From contig JBBRUH010000001.1 in the NCBI GenBank assembly GCA_038248005.1, positions 1-42,764 of the forward strand: DNA of 42,764 bases. The letters run 5' to 3'. Both the position numbers and the translations under genes were made by a program. Positions 33,701 through 41,470 of the stretch are shown in pieces; position 1 is the first letter of the stretch; each line of letters begins with the position of its first letter. Source of the stretch: Cytophagales bacterium (GTDB lineage Bacteria; Bacteroidota; Bacteroidia; Cytophagales; Microscillaceae). The notes beneath the pieces are model-generated. The model ran no database searches, was not told the DNA's origin, and worked only from the letters and a program-made list of their open reading frames with translations.

Positions 33701-33947
33701 CAAGTTCATTATCAGCAGGGTTTTTATCATGTAGGGTAGGGAATAAGCCACAATAAATAAAGGAAGATTTACCAATACCTGAAGGCCCTATGACAGATAC
33801 AAAACGGTTTTTAATTAGTTTTTGGGTAACCTCTTGCACTTGTACTTCTCTCCCAAAAAACAGATAAGACTCGTCTGGACGAAAGGCACGTAACCCAGGG
33901 AACGGGTTTTGGAGTTTTTTTGTGGAAGTAAGTGTATCAGTTTCCAT
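30780..33947 (-). CDS. nSTAND-type P-loop NTPase - TM helix - K/A/E coiled coil - WD40 beta-propeller protein
   Basis: N-terminus NPFPGLRAFRPDESYLFFGRE is typical of the nSTAND1 class. Walker A GPSGIGKSS (nt 33762-33788) and Walker B LIFVDQFEE (33531-33557). A TM helix NFIFRFIIAALIFAIILAGFAW (32454-32519) is preceded by RLRDRRRD. Coiled coil is about 32064-32435. WD40 repeats (SDGKIILWD, GMVQVYD, DQTVRIWN, DNLVRAWP) span about 31008-31865. C-terminal CPELTRNMSKKEWERF motif. Confidence 0.85.
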   Translation of the reverse strand: METDTLTSTKKLQNPFPGLRAFRPDESYLFFGREVQVQEVTQKLIKNRFVSVIGPSGIGKSSFIYCGLFPTLHDKNPADNELEWKISNMQPGEAPLQNLLDALGVPEDTTEYSQISTQLRQEFEENPHNRLIFVDQFEELFRFENINKSNHTSSEQFVQLLLDLTAQAEVPIYVVITMRSDFIGNCSRYPNFTKKINDSQFLIPFMTREEKRAAIKGPIEYMNAEIEDELVKKVLDDVEEIPDQLPLMQHALMRTWNEWQQHRNRDSTIKVYHYESIGGIAQALSVHANEAYNELPPEQRNICAKIFRTITEITNDGRRVRRPAQVKEIAHEVDTSEAEVMAIVEPFRRKDRGLLMPPEEEPLNGDSIVDISHESLIRVWTTLQTWVEEEAESVKLYLRLAEDAEKHQKGQAGLWTNPDLEIALDWRNKQKPTKAWGTRYHPTYDRTMWFLESSKEAHEQLLVNKEQKRLRDRRRDNFIFRFIIAALIFAIILAGFAWQQSQEATRQGKLALEKGEIARKSAIEAKKAAEDAKREAKKAKAAEDDAKVKTKEAILQRGIAEIQKEKARLSAEAAVISEGIARAKAEEARTAEEKAKKEAKIAEMNKELAEIEKQLAQLAREEADKLRLLSIASTMAIKSLELPQSDQDEKERKALIAEQAYRFHKRSGGDPSNPEIYNGLYYALKALKGDQYNQLIAHGANVRGLVSKQGNQIYSAGSDGKIILWDSQSHQIIQSIKQDSIHRALAMSPSQNWLACVGNYSGVQLFANGNLQVAPKKIKLEQAAIGQVWYVTFIDNQRLIFADEGGNINLADVQIGTSRVIQPQQGQINAIASSEGIVVYALGNQVVLLTGDYTQKQAFPISGLSTIISLALSDDARFLAVGDANGMVQVYDVQRKSQKGILKGHFARVNQMAFSKDGSKLATGSFDQTVRIWNIREKKDFDRPPIILKDHKDWVWSITFNADGSQLLAGCRDNLVRAWPTDLETMSSQICPELTRNMSKKEWERFVATLQNKEDDKSNTKNQGKTGSTIYYEKTCNQYGLGEEITKDDLEPIKK

Positions 33948-34172
33948 AATTTAAGTAGTTTTTTTAAAGAGTCATATAATTTGACCTAGAGTTAATTTTT
34001 TTTTAACGATAAACTTTAATAAAAGAATCATAAAGATATATTTTTAATATTGTGCAGTTTAAAAACTACTTTTGTTCAAAATTTAATAATTCTTTTATAG
34101 AACACAAATCGCTATTTTTTTGCAAAATAAGAAATCATTGGCATAAAAAAAACATTCTAAATCTAAATATTA

Positions 34173-35255
34173 ATGAATCTAGTAAACTTTTATCCTGGCC
34201 CCTCTAAATTATATCCTCAAATACCTCAATATATCCAAGAAGCAAGTCATTTGGGCATTTTAGGAGCAAATCACCGAAGCAGTACTTTTATTGAAATTTC
34301 TAAGCATAGCATTGCTTTGCTCAAAGAAAAACTCTCTATTCCTGAAGATTATTGGGTTTTTTATACTTCTTCGGCAACTGAGTGCTGGGAAATCATAGCA
34401 CAATCTCTTATCCAAAAAAATAGTTTACACATTTTTAATGGAGCTTTTGGAGAAAAATGGTGGAACTACACACAAAAGCTAAAGACTCAACCTGAAAAAA
34501 TAAAAAAATATAGTTTTGAGATAGAAGAGGAACTCACTTCTGCACATGTCAAATCACAATATACAGAAGAAATAGAAATGATTTGTCTCACTCATAATGA
34601 GACTTCGAATGCTACGGCTATTTCTTATGATGCTTTAAGACAGATAAGGCAAGATTTTCCTGAGACTCTCATTGCTGTAGATGCCACGTCTTCTCTAGGA
34701 GGTGTAGCTCTTGAGATAGAGCAAGCAGATATTTGGTATGCATCTGTCCAAAAATGTCTGGGTCTTCCTGCTGGGATGGCTGTGATGATTTGCTCGCCTC
34801 GTGCCATTCAAAAAGCCTTGGAGATTGGTGAGAATCAGCATTACAATAGCTTGGTATTTATGATTGAAAACATGAAAAAGTGGCAGACAACGCATACTCC
34901 TAATATCTTAGACATTTATTTGCTGGGCAAAATCATGGAGAAAGTATCCCCGATTCGTCAAGTCTCTGCTGAACTCAATCGTCAGGCTACCTATTTATAT
35001 GAACTTTTCTCGAATGTAAAAGGAATAGAACCACTCATTAAAAACAATGAAACTCGCTCTTCTACAGTGCTTGCATGGCAAGGAAGCCAAATAATCATTC
35101 AGGAAATCATAGATAAATCTTTAAATCAGAATATTATTCTGGGAAAAGGCTATGGTTCTTGGAAAAATACAACTTTCAGAGTGGCTAATTTTCCTGCTAT
35201 TTCTGCCCAAGATATTGTATTATTAGATGAATTTATCTTAAAATATCTGATATAA
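34173..35255 (+). CDS. Class V aminotransferase, phosphoserine-aminotransferase-like
   Basis: N-terminus NFYPGPSKLYPQ resembles SerC NF.AGP. It also has DATSS and YASVQKCLGLPAGMAVM (PLP lysine context). It is divergent, so the substrate is uncertain. Confidence 0.65.
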   Translation: MNLVNFYPGPSKLYPQIPQYIQEASHLGILGANHRSSTFIEISKHSIALLKEKLSIPEDYWVFYTSSATECWEIIAQSLIQKNSLHIFNGAFGEKWWNYTQKLKTQPEKIKKYSFEIEEELTSAHVKSQYTEEIEMICLTHNETSNATAISYDALRQIRQDFPETLIAVDATSSLGGVALEIEQADIWYASVQKCLGLPAGMAVMICSPRAIQKALEIGENQHYNSLVFMIENMKKWQTTHTPNILDIYLLGKIMEKVSPIRQVSAELNRQATYLYELFSNVKGIEPLIKNNETRSSTVLAWQGSQIIIQEIIDKSLNQNIILGKGYGSWKNTTFRVANFPAISAQDIVLLDEFILKYLI

Positions 35256-35312
35256 TAGTAATATATCTTTTTTTTGGCGTGAGAAAGCGAATCAATTAAA
35301 ACCAAATATTGT

Positions 35313-35344
35313 TTTGATTTGGATGTAAATAATTTATAACTTTG
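35313..35344 (+). promoter_or_regulatory. Candidate Bacteroidota sigma-A promoter (-33 TTTG / -7 TAnnTTTG)
   Basis: TTTG at 35313-35316, a 20-nt spacer, then TAACTTTG at 35337-35344, 26 nt upstream of the ATG at 35371. Confidence 0.45.
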
Positions 35345-35370
35345 CATCCTATATTAAAACATTTATTTAT

Positions 35371-35985
35371 ATGAATTGGAAAGAGATATTATCGGTTTCA
35401 TTGGTTTTGTTTTCGGTGATTGATATTTTGGGTTCTATCCCAATAGTGATTGATTTGCGTCAAAAAGCAGGACGTATTCAATCTGAAAAAGCAACTATAG
35501 TAGCGGGCATTATTATGCTGGCTTTTTTGTTTTTGGGAGAATCTATTCTTAAACTTTTTGGTTTGGATGTGCCTTCTTTTGCGATTGCGGGAGCATTGGT
35601 AATCTTTTTCTTAGGTTTAGAGATGGTTTTAGGGATTCGCTTTTTTAGAGATAATGCAGGTGTAAACCCTCAATCATCTTCTATTGTGCCTTTGGCTTTT
35701 CCACTCATCGCAGGGGCAGGCACTATGACTACTATCTTATCATTAAGGGCAGAGTTTAGCCAAACCAATATTTTGATAGGTATTCTTGTCAATTTGGTTT
35801 TTGTATATTTAGTGCTTAAGACATCACATTGGATTGAAAAAAGGCTTGGTCAAGCTGGTGCAGATGTGCTTCGTAAAGTATTTGGAGTGATTTTGCTGGC
35901 TATTGCCGTCAAACTCTTCAAAACCAATCTTGCTATAGATATTAATGCCATGCTTGAAGCTTATAGACAAGTGAAGCAACAATAG
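35371..35985 (+). CDS. MarC-family (UPF0056) integral membrane protein
   Basis: 204 aa with 6 TM segments. The pattern SVIDILGSIPIVIDL ... FAIAGALVIFFLGLEMV is typical of MarC. Confidence 0.8.
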   Translation: MNWKEILSVSLVLFSVIDILGSIPIVIDLRQKAGRIQSEKATIVAGIIMLAFLFLGESILKLFGLDVPSFAIAGALVIFFLGLEMVLGIRFFRDNAGVNPQSSSIVPLAFPLIAGAGTMTTILSLRAEFSQTNILIGILVNLVFVYLVLKTSHWIEKRLGQAGADVLRKVFGVILLAIAVKLFKTNLAIDINAMLEAYRQVKQQ

Positions 35986-35993
35986 TTGTAAGA

Positions 35994-36018
35994 AAGGCTT
36001 CTCTTTATGGGAAGCCTT
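35994..36018. terminator. Candidate bidirectional terminator hairpin between convergent genes
   Basis: aaggcttc (35994-36001) / gaagcctt (36011-36018) with a 9-nt loop. It is the relatively GC-rich stem in an AT-rich 45-nt gap between the MarC stop and the MerR-family stop. The flanking T-runs are weak. Confidence 0.4.
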
Positions 36019-36030
36019 CATTGTATATGA

Positions 36031-36915
36031 CTAATTATTCGCATCTGTAAATGCTATTAAGTCTTCTATTTTGTTGATAATCATTCCATTAGTAGGCACT
36101 TTGAGGTCTTGCCCTACTACTTGGTATCCACTCAAAAGTACTTTAGAATCAGGAAATTTATTACAAACTTTGCCAACATATTCTTGAATCGCATCTTGCC
36201 CAGGAGTAGAAGTAATGATACTTAATACATATTCTGGTTTGTGTATTTTGTGAGCCTCTACCAAATCTTGGAAAGGCAAACTTTGCCCTAAATAGATTAC
36301 TTTATTGTTGCGAGATTTGATGATAAAGCAAGCAAATAACAGAGCAAGCTCGTGAGTCTCACCCTCAGGAAGATAGAGTAAATATTTGTGAGAGTCTGGG
36401 TTTTGGCTATAGACTTGTCCATCAATCGCTACAATGATTTTTTGTCTGATAAGATGACTTATAAAATGCTCTTGTGCGGGATTGATAGCTCCTGTCTGCC
36501 ACAGAAAGCCTATTCTTACCAAAAATGGATAGATAATCTGTGTCATGGTGCGTTCAAACCCGATTTGGAGGGCATTGGTAGAGATGATTTTCTCGAAGCG
36601 GTCTTCGTCTAAATCTATCATTGCAAGGGTCAAAGCTTGAATCTGTTCTGGTGATTTGGAGCTTTGTTCGGTAATCTCTATAACTCTTTGTCGTAGGTCT
36701 GCTTCAGTCATCTCAGCTATTTTAGAGATTTTAAAACCATTTTCTTTTAAAAGAGATACATTAAGGATTAATTTTAAATCTACATCATCATAATACCTGA
36801 TGTTAGTATCAGTTCGTTTGGGTTGCACTAAATTATATCTTTGCTCCCAAACTCTTAAAGTATGGGCTTTGATGCCAGATAAATGCTCTAAATCACGAAT
36901 AGAATATACACTCAT
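36031..36915 (-). CDS. MerR-family regulator with B12-binding photoreceptor module (CarH/LitR-like)
   Basis: MerR HTH: YSIRDLEHLSGIKAHTLRVWEQRY. Exact Wx9EH motif (W139..E149-H150: FLWQTGAINPAQEH). Candidate lower-axial His188 in EGETHELALL (nt 36352-36354), followed by a Rossmann-like KVIYLGQSLP. Confidence 0.8.
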   Translation of the reverse strand: MSVYSIRDLEHLSGIKAHTLRVWEQRYNLVQPKRTDTNIRYYDDVDLKLILNVSLLKENGFKISKIAEMTEADLRQRVIEITEQSSKSPEQIQALTLAMIDLDEDRFEKIISTNALQIGFERTMTQIIYPFLVRIGFLWQTGAINPAQEHFISHLIRQKIIVAIDGQVYSQNPDSHKYLLYLPEGETHELALLFACFIIKSRNNKVIYLGQSLPFQDLVEAHKIHKPEYVLSIITSTPGQDAIQEYVGKVCNKFPDSKVLLSGYQVVGQDLKVPTNGMIINKIEDLIAFTDANN

Positions 36916-37129
36916 TGTTCTATTTATTAAAAATCTAATCTATCTACAAATATTAGAATTCAGCTTAAAGAGCTAAATAAAATTGTCATAAATATTAACA
37001 TAGAAAAACTTAAAAAATGAATTGATTAAGATTTTTTATAGCCTTAAAAGATGACTTATTTTATATTATTACCTAGAAAAGTCTATTTCAATTTATTAGA
37101 TTACTAAACTTTGTGAAATAGGATATTGT

Positions 37130-37810
37130 TTAAAAAAAGTTGATGAAATAGGTTAAATTGTGAAACAAAAAGAAAAAAAATTGTGCTGAATAAATCCAAA
37201 TTGCTATGTAATTGTCTTTTTTAAAGTTTAAATTAAAGAAAACAAAGAGAAGCAAACCAGACACACTAAACCAAGCCAAATAATTACGGATAGGTACAGT
37301 TTCGTGGTTCCAACTCCACATTTGATGCTTTATAGCTACAGGCTCAATCAAAATATCAATCAAGACCATCAGACTTGCTCCTATCAATACTCTCATCCAG
37401 ATAGAAGAGTGAAACCGCATAGCGATATTGCCAGTAGCATAAATTAGTACTAGCCAGTTAAGCCCGATAATCAGAGGAATCTCATCTAACTTAAAGCCAA
37501 GCGTAGAACCATATTGGTAACTGCCAAAAATAACTCCCGTATGTACACCAAGCCACTCTATCCCAAAGCCAACACAGAAGCTAATAGCTATAAAGGCAAT
37601 GAAAGAACTTCGCCAGTCTTGATGAAAATAAAGTAAAATCACTGTGCTACTCACCAGATTAAAGGGGATAAGCATCTCAAAAAAAGCCCTAGAGGGTTGC
37701 CATTGCAAGCCAATAAAACCAGCAATGTGCATAGAGACAACCAAGGCGACTGCCCAAGTATAGTCTGTAACCTGTATCAAATTAATTTCTTGATTTCTTT
37801 TCGTCTGCAT
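37130..37810 (-). CDS. Carotenoid-biosynthesis membrane protein (DUF422 / CruF-like)
   Basis: About 7 TM segments. GVHTGVIFGSYQYGSTLGFKLDEIPLIIGLNW matches the family core pattern (G.PFG.Y.Y...LG.....VPL.I.L.W). Start taken at Met 37810; the ORF opens at 37828. Confidence 0.6.
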   Translation of the reverse strand: MQTKRNQEINLIQVTDYTWAVALVVSMHIAGFIGLQWQPSRAFFEMLIPFNLVSSTVILLYFHQDWRSSFIAFIAISFCVGFGIEWLGVHTGVIFGSYQYGSTLGFKLDEIPLIIGLNWLVLIYATGNIAMRFHSSIWMRVLIGASLMVLIDILIEPVAIKHQMWSWNHETVPIRNYLAWFSVSGLLLFVFFNLNFKKDNYIAIWIYSAQFFFFLFHNLTYFINFF

Positions 37811-37986
37811 AAAAAATGTTAAAAACAAGCCTTTATTAAACTATAAAAAGACCTAATGTTTTGTATATTTGATAATAGATAAATGTTTTGAAGTATAATT
37901 TTAAGTAAGAAATAAAAAATAGAGAAAACTCTTAACCAAAATCACTCATAAATTTTATATCCACAACCTATAACTACATAAACTCC

Positions 37987-39468
37987 ATGTCTGTTTTGTC
38001 AGAGCCTATTCACTTAGAAGAAATTCAACTTGCTCCTCAGCCCATAGGTCAAGGCGGTGAGGGGAGTGTCTTTGAGATACTAGCTCCTCTGTCTTTATGT
38101 AATTATGTAGCCAAAATCTATCATCCTAATCAGAGAACACTGAAGAGAAAAGAGAAACTAGACTTTATGATGTCTAACGCTCCTCTGTTAAGTGATTCAT
38201 TGTCAGTGATATGGCCCGAAAAGATTCTCTATGAATCAGCACAATTTGCAGGTTTTTTGATGAAAAAAGCAAGAGGTAAATATGACCTTACGGTGCTGAG
38301 TAGCCTTAAAATCCCTTTGCGAATAGAGCCTGAATGGGCTACTCTTTTTTCTAGGCACACTCAAGAGGGAATGGAAAGACGTGCTAGGATTTGTTTCAAT
38401 ATTGCTCATGCAGTCAAAGAACTACACGAATCAGGGCAATATGTGATTACAGATTTAAAACCCGAAAACATTAAAGTAAATATTCAAGGCTTGGTTTCTC
38501 TGATAGATATGGACTCTATTGAGATTTACTGGGAGGGTATCGTAAAGTTTCCTGCCTATAAATGTAGTCCTGAGTATGCACCTCCTGAGTTGAAAAAACT
38601 CAATTTTGAGGATGATTTTATTTCTGAAAGTTGGGATAGATTCTCTCTGGCAGTTGTTTTCTATAAAATTTTGCTGGGTTTGCATCCCTTTGCAGGCACA
38701 GGGCGAGGTAGGCTAGACAAATTAGCAACACTACAAGCCAAAATCCATGCAGGCCTATTTGTGATGGGAAGCCGCAAGAGTGATTTTAGGATTATACCAC
38801 AGCCACACTATAATTTTGAAGCCCTTACGGAGGGCTTGAGGAGTTTATTTTTGCAATGCTTTGATGAAGGAATCTTTGAGCCATCACTCCGCCCCAAAGC
38901 TGCTGATTGGTTTAAGCAATTACAAGAATTTAAACTTCACAAAAAATCATATCATCTCACATACACTGAAGTAAAGCCTCAAACATATCAAACTCATCAA
39001 GATGCACAAATATTTGAAATTGAAAAGACATGGATGAATTGGAATGGAAACTTGAATTGGATTTATTGGCTGATTATTTATAATTATGTAACTAATGCAA
39101 CTGTCCTAGGACATTCTTTTTCCAATATATGGTTTTTGCTTCTTTTTGCTTCTATCCCCTTGCTTTTTGGGAAAAGAGTTACCAAGATTGATTTTGATTT
39201 GAATGATGAAGATTTTTATTATACCCAAAAATATTTGTTGGGTTATCAGCGCATTAAAAAAGTTGCATTTGACAAGCTGCGCTGTGAAAAAAAGGAATCC
39301 AATAAATCATATCAGGTAGTTTTTTATAAAAAAGGACGTTTTTCGGGGAAAAAAAAGCTGTTTAGTGTTAAATTTAAGAAAATTGACCCTTCTTCCAAAG
39401 ATCAATACGATGCTTTGGTAATGTTCCTAAAAAAATGGAAAATGATAAGCAGAGAAGTAATAGTGTAA
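37987..39468 (+). CDS. Membrane-anchored Ser/Thr protein-kinase-like protein with unknown C-terminal domain
   Basis: G-loop IGQGGEGSVF, VAKIY (Lys43), catalytic loop VITDLKPEN (Asp156, Asn161), LIDMDS in place of DFG, and SPEYAPPE (APE). A hydrophobic region follows at about nt 39058-39174, then about 100 aa of unrecognised sequence. Confidence 0.75.
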   Translation: MSVLSEPIHLEEIQLAPQPIGQGGEGSVFEILAPLSLCNYVAKIYHPNQRTLKRKEKLDFMMSNAPLLSDSLSVIWPEKILYESAQFAGFLMKKARGKYDLTVLSSLKIPLRIEPEWATLFSRHTQEGMERRARICFNIAHAVKELHESGQYVITDLKPENIKVNIQGLVSLIDMDSIEIYWEGIVKFPAYKCSPEYAPPELKKLNFEDDFISESWDRFSLAVVFYKILLGLHPFAGTGRGRLDKLATLQAKIHAGLFVMGSRKSDFRIIPQPHYNFEALTEGLRSLFLQCFDEGIFEPSLRPKAADWFKQLQEFKLHKKSYHLTYTEVKPQTYQTHQDAQIFEIEKTWMNWNGNLNWIYWLIIYNYVTNATVLGHSFSNIWFLLLFASIPLLFGKRVTKIDFDLNDEDFYYTQKYLLGYQRIKKVAFDKLRCEKKESNKSYQVVFYKKGRFSGKKKLFSVKFKKIDPSSKDQYDALVMFLKKWKMISREVIV

Positions 39469-39477
39469 CATAATAAT

Positions 39478-39522
39478 CAGTAAGTGATGAGCTATAAGTT
39501 TGTAATAAATTGATAATGAGTG
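39478..39522 (+). repeat. Stop-codon-proximal repeat module 1 (long form)
   Basis: cagtaagtgatgagctataagtttgtaataaattgataatgagtg begins 9 nt after the kinase TAA (39466-39468). It matches 41471-41511 and the reverse complement of 9866-9893. Confidence 0.6.
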
Positions 39523-39574
39523 TTTTAATTATTCATAATGAGTAGTTCATTTTTAGCATTTTACTAAAATACAA

Positions 39575-40765
39575 TCATTCTCTTGCTTTGATTATTTCAG
39601 TTAGTCTATCTTGTTGGATGGTAGCCAATTCATAAATAATCTTTACCCAAATCAGAATACAAGGAAAAACTTTGAGTTCATAAGGTTTTACCAGATAATC
39701 CCTCAAAAAAGAAGGGAAAATATCAGTAGGGGAGAGAGAAGTAAAGACAAAAGCAATTATAAAGAGTGCTAGGTTTAGAGAAGTAGGTTTACTCACCACA
39801 AACCAGAGAGCAGCCCCAGCCATTGCTAAAATAAAAGTAGGTGACTCTGCCTTATGATTAAAGATGACTACCCAAATCAGAATAGAGCAAAGCACTAAAT
39901 ATCTAAATGTATCATTTGAATAAGATTTCAACCTTATTAAAGGTGCTAAAAAAAGTAATACACCTACAATAACTACAAAAAGCTTATTGATTTCTAAACC
40001 AAACCAAGCATAAAGCCAACCCATTACCGAATATCCATAGGAAAGCGTATGATCATTGGCCAATAGATTGCCATAGCTAGCAATCAAAAATCTATATTGA
40101 GCAACATCAATGAATAAAAAAGGCACTAAAAATAAAATAATTGCCCAAACCACAGAATAGATAATAAAACGCAACTTATGTGGGTAAAATAAAAACAAAG
40201 CAAAGCCCACAATCCCAAAAAATTTAATATAAACAGAAAACATGAGGCAGAAAATAGCCAGAAAATATTTATCCCTCTCTAAAAGACCCAATGCAAAAAT
40301 AATTAGCCCTGCTATCAAAGCATTTGATTGAGAATTTTGAATAGAAGTCAGGAGTTCAATCAAACTAAACATTAAGACCATTCCTTTCTGAGTATTAGAA
40401 AGCTTAGGCAAATAATAAACGGATGCAAGAAATACAAAAGCATTGAGTAGATTCCAAAGGGTAAGCCCAAGCCAATCAGGAAAAATTGCAAAAATTCCAA
40501 ACATGCCTGCAAAAGTAGGAGTGTATTTATACAAATCCCAATGTTCATCAGGGTAGAGAGCATATAAATCTTGCTGATGAGTAAGGTGATAAAATGATTG
40601 CTTGAAGATAAGATAATTATTATAGTGTGTATATAATTGCCCTCCATCTTCAAAGGCTTTAGGACTCAAAAGCAATGATTGTACACTAGCTATTACTGAT
40701 ATTAAAAAAAATATCCCAATGATAAGGTATCTTTTAGACAAGATAGAAGCAATATTAGTCTGCAT
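39575..40765 (-). CDS. GT87 / DUF2029-family polyprenyl-phosphate-dependent glycosyltransferase (GT-C fold)
   Basis: 396 aa with more than 10 TM segments. LYKYTPTFAGMFGIFAIFPDWLGLTLWNLLN is typical of DUF2029. Confidence 0.65.
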   Translation of the reverse strand: MQTNIASILSKRYLIIGIFFLISVIASVQSLLLSPKAFEDGGQLYTHYNNYLIFKQSFYHLTHQQDLYALYPDEHWDLYKYTPTFAGMFGIFAIFPDWLGLTLWNLLNAFVFLASVYYLPKLSNTQKGMVLMFSLIELLTSIQNSQSNALIAGLIIFALGLLERDKYFLAIFCLMFSVYIKFFGIVGFALFLFYPHKLRFIIYSVVWAIILFLVPFLFIDVAQYRFLIASYGNLLANDHTLSYGYSVMGWLYAWFGLEINKLFVVIVGVLLFLAPLIRLKSYSNDTFRYLVLCSILIWVVIFNHKAESPTFILAMAGAALWFVVSKPTSLNLALFIIAFVFTSLSPTDIFPSFLRDYLVKPYELKVFPCILIWVKIIYELATIQQDRLTEIIKARE

Positions 40766-40801
40766 ATATTATTCTATAAATAAATAGAAGTTTTAGAATA
40801 C

Positions 40802-41197
40802 TTACCCTTTAAAGTTGAAGAAATAGTTAATCAGATAATTCCAGATAAATACTGCTACAATTGCTATAAACTTAGAGATATAAAATTCAAATAAATTCAA
40901 GTAATCATCTAAAAACCAGATAATTAGATTATTTAAAATTAATCCTATACTTGCAATGCTAATAAATAGAGCAAATTCTTTGAGGACATTGGGGTTTTTA
41001 CTTTTGAATGTCCATATTTTATTAAGTATAAAGTTACTGAGGGCAGCAGTAGCAAAACCAATACTATTGGCAATGTATTTATCAGTAAAAAAGACCTCTT
41101 TGAACAAGTAAGTGAGGCTATAATCAATGACAAGTCCTGAAAATCCAACTATGCCAAACTTAATAGCTTTAACTAAAAACTGCTTATAATTATTCAT
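40802..41197 (-). CDS. GtrA-family membrane protein
   Basis: 131 aa with 4 TM segments. Typical N-terminal FGIVGFSGLVIDY and NFILNKIWTF motif. Confidence 0.8.
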   Translation of the reverse strand: MNNYKQFLVKAIKFGIVGFSGLVIDYSLTYLFKEVFFTDKYIANSIGFATAALSNFILNKIWTFKSKNPNVLKEFALFISIASIGLILNNLIIWFLDDYLNLFEFYISKFIAIVAVFIWNYLINYFFNFKG

Positions 41198-41288
41198 ATT
41201 ATCCCGACCAAAAAAACAAAACCTATTTCTTAATAGAGGATGTTTTTTTTACTACTCTTTAAATATTATTCTGATTTTATTTGTAGAG

Positions 41289-41345
41289 GTGCAAGCGAAG
41301 ACGCTTGCACTAGTATTTACCTCGTTCAAGTGTCTTCGCTTGAAC
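41289..41345. repeat. Dual GAAGAC/GTCTTC-apex hairpin element (best-preserved copy)
   Basis: gtgcaagcg aaga cgcttgcac (41289-41310, 9-bp perfect stem) + 13-nt spacer + gttcaagtg tctt cgcttgaac (41324-41345, one G-T pair). In this copy the loop of the second hairpin is flipped relative to 15214-15235. Confidence 0.75.
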
Positions 41346-41470
41346 GGTATTGTCAATATAAAAACATCGTAATAATCTCTTTTATAGTTAAAGTTGTTTT
41401 CAACTATTTACTATCTTTTTTTTGAGCAAATTTATTACTTAATTGCCAAAAAATGGTAGAAAAGAATAGA

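Noticed and set aside
30780-33947. Calling the STAND NTPase-WD40 protein an Avs-type antiphage defence gene.
   Set aside because: It has no N-terminal effector domain, its repeats are WD40 rather than TPR, and it has a TM helix. The flanks contain housekeeping genes rather than a defence island. A defence role remains possible but is not supported by the sequence alone.
33953-34071. Long-range inverted repeat aagtagttttt / aaaaactactt in the divergent region between the STAND gene and the SerC-like gene.
   Set aside because: It is almost pure A/T, has a ~97-nt loop and differs in T-run length between the arms. It is compatible with chance in AT-rich promoter DNA.
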